Below are positions 58,161 to 64,000 of a DNA stretch of 64,000 nucleotides, one piece after another. The position numbers were made by a program, and so were the translations under genes. The first letter of the stretch is position 1. Every line of letters begins with the position of its first letter. The stretch comes from Podarcis muralis (taxonomy: Eukaryota): NCBI RefSeq assembly GCF_964188315.1, contig NC_135667.1, positions 13,082,001-13,146,000 on the forward strand, given 5' to 3'. The notes beneath the pieces were generated by a model. The model was given only the letters and a program-made list of their open reading frames with translations, was not told the DNA's origin and did not search any database.

Positions 58161-60670
58161 TTTTAGAGTGCATAGCTCTGCAGTCAAATAATGATGAAGA
58201 TATTAAACAGGAAAAATCTACAAGGTGGGTTTCCCCTCTCCCCCTTTCATCTCAAGGTTATATAAACAGTGCATACAGCCCATTGATTGGCTGGTTTGTA
58301 AGAAACCAGTGGTCCAGTTATTGTTTGGGTATCTTGTCCAGCTATTGCTTTTTCAAAAGGCAAATGAAAAGTCAATTTCAAATGAAAAGAAGTTTATCAT
58401 ACTGGTATAGTTTTCAAAGTGCCAGGAATAGATGCACTTTCTTGACTAAAGCTTGGTAATCTCTTTTTTTACCACACATATATTTCCTCTAATAAACACT
58501 GGCTTCCTTGTTTTCCTAAACCCAGAGTCTCAGTGTGATTATATCTGGGGTAAAGCATGCTTCTCCAAGAGGGGTTCAGTATTCAGTTCAGCTTCGGCTG
58601 AGCATTCACCTCCACATGCCAACAACATAATCTGGGACCATTGTCCATACTGTCTAGGCCTTGATGCAGCCCAGCAACACCAAAAGGACCACAGGTTTTC
58701 CTTCCCTGTTCTAGTGAAAGAATTTCAAGGAGGGTTATTCTCTACTGGTCATTGACTGAAATAAAAAAATGAGAAAGATAGAGTGGTGGAATTTCTATTT
58801 AATAAGCATCAGTTTGAGGCTCATCTGTGCATTTCATATTTTAGTGCTCTTTCGCTTGCTGCCCAAATTAATGCAGTAGAAATAATGTTATGATTGGCTA
58901 CTAATGTCCTCCTTGTTAGGTTACTGGTGTGCTAATAGTTTAGGCTGAGTGCTCAGTGTGTAACGAACGAACTCTGGGCAATATATATATGAGATATATA
59001 CATCTTTTCAATTAGATACCCATCAGATCAGGAAGAGATAAGAAATATCCAGCTGTGGGCAGAAGTGGGTAGAGAGAACGAGCAAAAATATTTGATTAGA
59101 GAGATCCTGTGCTTATAGTGCCTAAATGGAGTTAAGAGAGTACAGAAGTTGTTCTCTGAAGATTTATTCCCTGCTTTAGGAGCGCCTGCTTGCTTCCATC
59201 ATTCTTTGCCTGGATAAATAATGGGACTGAATAATCACAGGAAATAGATACACACACACATAAAGGTTCTCTCTCAGATACCCACATTATGGACCCGTGA
59301 AGTAGAAAATATGCAAACACATGAGTTTTCCAGAAGAGGGACCTCAAAATATTACCTTTCTTTTTCTGAAATCCGGTCCCTCCAAGAGAAAAGGCATGAT
59401 TGTTCTCTCATTAAAATGGATGCAAGTTTTAGACTATCTTTTGCAACATAGAAAACAATGAATGTATGTTTCCTTTTAAACTACTAATGAGAGGAAAAAC
59501 AGTTTAGATAAAGAACATAAGAACATAGGAACATAAAGAACATAGGAAGCTGTCTTATACCGAGTGAGACCATTCATCTATCTAGCTTGGTATTATCTGC
59601 ACTGACTGGCAGTTGCTCTCCAGGATTTTAGACAGGAGTCTTCCCTACCTGGAGAACCCAGGGATTGACTCTGTGGCCTCTGTACCACTTCACTATTGGT
59701 AGCAGAGAGAATTCAGAACCTTGCCCATCCCATCAAAGACCTTGTGGCTAAAGGAGTGAATACAGTCACTTCAGCTCCCTCACCCTATTCCTTTATCACT
59801 CCTCTTGCTTTCTTGCAGAAGGAAGGAAGGAAGGAAGGAAGGGAGGGAGGGAGGGAGGGAGGGAGGGAGGGAGGGGGGTATGATGGGAGACAGAGAAGGC
59901 TGAAGTGTGAAGATGTAGCTGTCACTTACCCCCTGCTGCCACCAAGTGTATGACAGCCCTTGAGGCAGCGGCAGGTCTGCTCATCCTCCCTAGCTATATT
60001 ACTTCTGGCCCTGGGAGAGCTGAAGGTGAGGAGGTGTGTATCAAAGGATAAGCTGGGCTCTTGGGTACAACCCTTCCACAGGCTCCCAAGGGCCTTATTA
60101 TAAACCAAACTTCTTTTTCATTTATTTCCAATGCTTCAAGGCTACTTCAAGGATGTTGATTGGAAGCTTGTGGCTGACAACCCCATTTTGCAATCCTAAC
60201 TACACTTATTGGGAAGTAAATATATTTGCATGAACATGCTTAGGAAAGTATGGTAAGGTGGGGATGCCATGATGATTTTCTGGGGGCAGTACACAGGCTA
60301 TGGATTTTCTCTTCTGCTACATTCCTCAAAGGAGACACATATTTGAGAACAATGAACAAAACACCAGGAGTTCTATTGCTTTTATTTTGTTTTTGTTTTT
60401 ATATAAAGGTTTTGCTTTCTCAGTGAAAAATTGGTGTTTTTTATTTGGAAATATTTATATATGATTTTATATTAATATGTTTTTTGGTCATGTTAATACC
60501 ATGGTTCATCCAAGGAACACGAAACAGTATCCATGTTCCCCAATGTACATTCATTGGAGTGTCAGAAAGCGATGATGTCTACCCTATTTGCATAAGATCT
60601 ACACATCCATGAGAACCTTGTGCCCCATGAATCTTGGGAAGAGGGACTGATTGTGAAATCACTAATTTCT

Positions 60671-61585
60671 TTATTTCTTCATCAGTTTCCACATAGCAAC
60701 TTTTATCTCCTTGTTTCTCAGTGTATAGATCATGGGGTTCATCAGAGGGAAGACCATGGTGTGGAAAAAGGCCACCACCTTGTCAAAGGGATAGTCCTGG
60801 AAGGGATGGCAGTTGATGTAGATGGCTGGACCAAACATAATGCAGGCGATGATGATGTGGGTGATGCACGTAGAGGAGGCTTTGTTCTTTCCATGGTTAG
60901 AGCTTGTCCTCACCTTTATTAGCAGGGCCCCATAAGAGATGAGGAGGAGGATGAAACATGCAGCACTTACCAGGCCACTGCTAACAAACATGAAAAATTC
61001 TAATATGTAAGTGTTGGTGCAAGCCAGCCTAATGAACTGGGTGACATCACAGAAGTAGTTGTCGAGCTCATTGGGGCCACAGAATGGCAGAGGGATGATG
61101 AGAATGACCTGGATTATGGAGTGCAGGAATCCTCCAACCCATGAACATACCAGCATACCCCAGCAGACTACTTGGGTCACCATAGTAGCATAGCGCAGTG
61201 GCTGGCAGATGGCCACATACCGGTCAATGGCCATGGCAATGAGAAGGAACATCTCAGCTGCACCAAGAAAATGAATGAAAAAAATCTGAGTGATACATCC
61301 CAGGTATGATATAGTCCTGCGTCCAGAGAATATGTTAGCCATGAGCTTTGGTGGGGTGACACAGCTGTAGCAGATGTCCAAGAAGGCCAGGTTGGCTAAG
61401 AAGAAAAACATGGGGGATCCCAGATGGGGGTCCTTACAGATTGTCACAATGATGACAAAGTTTGCAGGTAGGATGATGATGTAGAAGAGCAGGAGAAGAA
61501 CACAAAGGAACAGCTGCATCTCCCGGAGCTGTGACAACCCCTGGATAACAAACTCTTTCACTACAGTGTGATTCCCATTTTCCAT
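60671..61585 (-). CDS. Olfactory receptor OR-7 (second subgroup), intact, 304 aa
   Basis: ATG at 61585 after a TTTTGCAG acceptor; full OR motif set. Confidence 0.93.
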   Translation of the reverse strand: MENGNHTVVKEFVIQGLSQLREMQLFLCVLLLLFYIIILPANFVIIVTICKDPHLGSPMFFFLANLAFLDICYSCVTPPKLMANIFSGRRTISYLGCITQIFFIHFLGAAEMFLLIAMAIDRYVAICQPLRYATMVTQVVCWGMLVCSWVGGFLHSIIQVILIIPLPFCGPNELDNYFCDVTQFIRLACTNTYILEFFMFVSSGLVSAACFILLLISYGALLIKVRTSSNHGKNKASSTCITHIIIACIMFGPAIYINCHPFQDYPFDKVVAFFHTMVFPLMNPMIYTLRNKEIKVAMWKLMKK

Positions 61586-62830
61586 CCTTGCAGATGTAGT
61601 CCTGCAAAACAATTATATTCGGATTGTTAAACAATAAATGATTGCAATCCCACCGCCCCCATTTATACACCTTATTATAAATGCAACCAATTGGTAGGCT
61701 GGCCAGGAGCAGATCAAACTAGCTCACAAGTTCATGTTACATTCAGGTTCTGTGGCTTTTGCGCAGAGAAATGAAGATTGCCTAACAGCACTGTATGGGA
61801 TAGATGTCTCAGTGATATGTGGTCCAGCTGGACTGGATGGCTATAATATGTTCAGAAAACTAAACCCAGGAGATGAGTCATATGGACTCCTGTGTCCATA
61901 TGATGTCACTGATAGTGAAGAACATGATGTCACTGATAGTGAAGAGGAGAAATTCATTTCAGTGTGCAGTTAAAGCCAAATCGATCACATTTGCACTTTC
62001 AAAATCAATTCATGGTTTTTTAAAAAAGAAAACCACATAGATATTTATCATCATTTTATTGCAAATTTCTCCTAATATAAATATTTTTGTATGCAATTTT
62101 GCAAAATATACAGAGATTTCTGCAAAACAATTTCCTTTGATCTAATCAATTTCTTTAAATATTATTTTCACTTATGTGCATTTTAATGCACATTTTGCTG
62201 TAATATAAGCTATTCTCTACATATTACTTAGGTGTAGGACTAGGATGGTATTCACCTCTAGTCCTACTCAGTGCAGATACATTGAAATTATTGGACATGG
62301 CAATCTTTTGTTCATTAATTTCAATGGGTCAACTCTGAGTAGGACTTAGGTGACTATAATCCCTACACTGCAAAATTCAAACAGGTGCGAATTTCAAAGG
62401 TTGTCTTTTCTTTGGTTTGCATATTGTTCAGAAAACTAAACCCAGGAGATGAGTTACATGGAGTCCTCTGTGATCTGAACATGATATCACTGATAGTGAA
62501 GAGGAGAAATTCAATTCAGTGTGCAGTTAAAGCCAAATCGATCACATTTGCACTTTCAGGAACAATAAACAAACCACAAGACAACTATTGTTTGAAACTT
62601 GCACTTATCTGAATGGATTGAGCCTGAAACCTTCTGAAGTGCAAAACAGATTACCACTGAGTTATGGCCCATTTCCCAAATCTAAGGATAACAAGACTGA
62701 GATTCAGTGCTGCTGCTGCTGCTTCTGGACCCTATATCTTCCTTCCTCCAACCACAGAGATTCTCAAGACCATGATAGAATGATCAGATCTGACTGAAAA
62801 CCTTTTGCTGCCTGAAATGAGGAATAAGAT

Positions 62831-62966
62831 CTGGCTTCCTCAACCTCTGCCCTCCAGATGTTTTGAGACTATAATTCCCACCATCCCTAACCCCTGGTCC
62901 TGCTAGCTAGGGATCATGGGAGTTGTAGGCCAAAAACATCTGGAGGGCCGAGGTTGAGGAAGCCTG
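62831..62966. mobile_element. Short hAT-type MITE (related decayed copies ~30570, ~44475, ~52345, ~56090, ~63750)
   Basis: TIR C.GGCTTCCTCAACCT, 8-bp TSD AATAAGAT. Confidence 0.85.
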
Positions 62967-63404
62967 AATAAGATGGTGCCCCCACCCCACAATACCACAC
63001 TCAGCTGCTGACAAAACTGGCAGCTTAACTTTGCTTTGATTCCAGAGAATCCTCAACTACACCTCAACTACAACTAGCTTAGGATGCAAAGAGCAGGCCA
63101 TATGGAACACACAGTTCTGCCCTCTACATTTTGCAGCATCCAGCATTTGCCACCTGAAGCAGCTTCCTCAATTTGCATAAAGGGTAGTGCTGGCCATACT
63201 TGCAGAGCTCAGCGACTAGGGACAGAAGGAGTTGTCATTTTCAGTTTTGTGGTTTCTCATTTTTCCAATTTTAAATTCCATTCCCCACATTTCAACATCA
63301 GTTTGATATTTGTTTTAAAAAGAGCCATAATCAAAACCAATCAGCATTTTAATACAAATTCCTTCTAATTTTTTGCATTTAAAGTAATGACTACCCCCTT
63401 AAAG

Positions 63405-63731
63405 GGGACACAGAGCCTAGGACTTGTCGATCAGAAGGTCAGCAGTTTGAATCCCTGCAATGGGGTGAGCTCCCGTTGCTCGGTCCCTGCCCCTGCCAAC
63501 CTAGCAGTTCAAAAGCACATCAGAGTGCAAGTAGATAAATAGGTACCGCTTCAGCGGGAAGGTAAACAGCGTTTCCGTGCGCTGCTCTGGATCGCCAGAA
63601 GCGGCTTAGTCATGCTGGCCACATGACCTGGAAGCTGTACGCCAGCTCCTTCGGCCAATAAAGCAAGATGAGCACTGCCACCCCAGAGTCGGTCACGACT
63701 GGACCTAATGGTCAGGGGTCCCTTTACCTTT
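63405..63731 (+). mobile_element. Sauria SINE, second subfamily, A-box region deleted
   Basis: 13-bp TSD TACCCCCTTAAAG; head reads GGGAC|ACAGAGCC, lacking ~24 nt present in the 49001 copy. Confidence 0.9.
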
Positions 63732-64000
63732 TACCCCCTTAAAGCAAGAATAGGGAACCACTAGTCCTCTAGATATTACTGGACCACAACTGTCACCATC
63801 CCTGACCACTTGCCATGGTATCTGGAGCTGGTGAGAGTTGAACAACAGCTGGAGGGCTGCAGTTTAGCCAACTCTGCCATAAAGGTTTGAGGCAGTCAGA
63901 AAAAAGCAGCCACCATGCCACCCAGCCTGATCCTCCACCAGACCCCTCCTCCGTGTTCTCTTTGCTTCCTTAGTATTGATTAGCATGGAAGATAAGAACA

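Overview
Squamate reptile genomic DNA (Sauria SINEs, Bov-B tail, squamate MITEs; lacertid lizard is my best inference) spanning the junction between a vomeronasal type-2 receptor (V2R) cluster and an OR4-family olfactory receptor cluster. All receptor genes lie on the minus strand. 1-10.1 kb: 3' part of a young Ty3/Gypsy chromodomain LTR retrotransposon and a full-length but ORF2-disrupted L1-clade LINE, both inserted in a CR1 remnant in intron 1 of a V2R paralog whose other exons lie left of the window. 13.5-21.1 kb: a complete 6-exon V2R (875 aa). 23.3-61.6 kb: six intact single-exon ORs in two subgroups, one deletion pseudogene and a 29-codon relic of another OR, interspersed with SINEs, MITEs, a Penelope remnant and a 67-bp VNTR. 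Best leads: (1) an exact match to the mouse H/P-element OR-enhancer 13-mer AACTTTTTAATGA next to O/E-like sites at ~50.0 kb; (2) a minimal hammerhead ribozyme in the Penelope terminal repeat; (3) a Gypsy pol frame that reads ~210 codons into its own 3' LTR and carries an FxGF motif after the chromodomain; (4) conserved 5' non-coding exons and promoter motifs of the OR units, partly deleted in one OR with an intact CDS. All analysis was by eye; no alignments or database searches were run.
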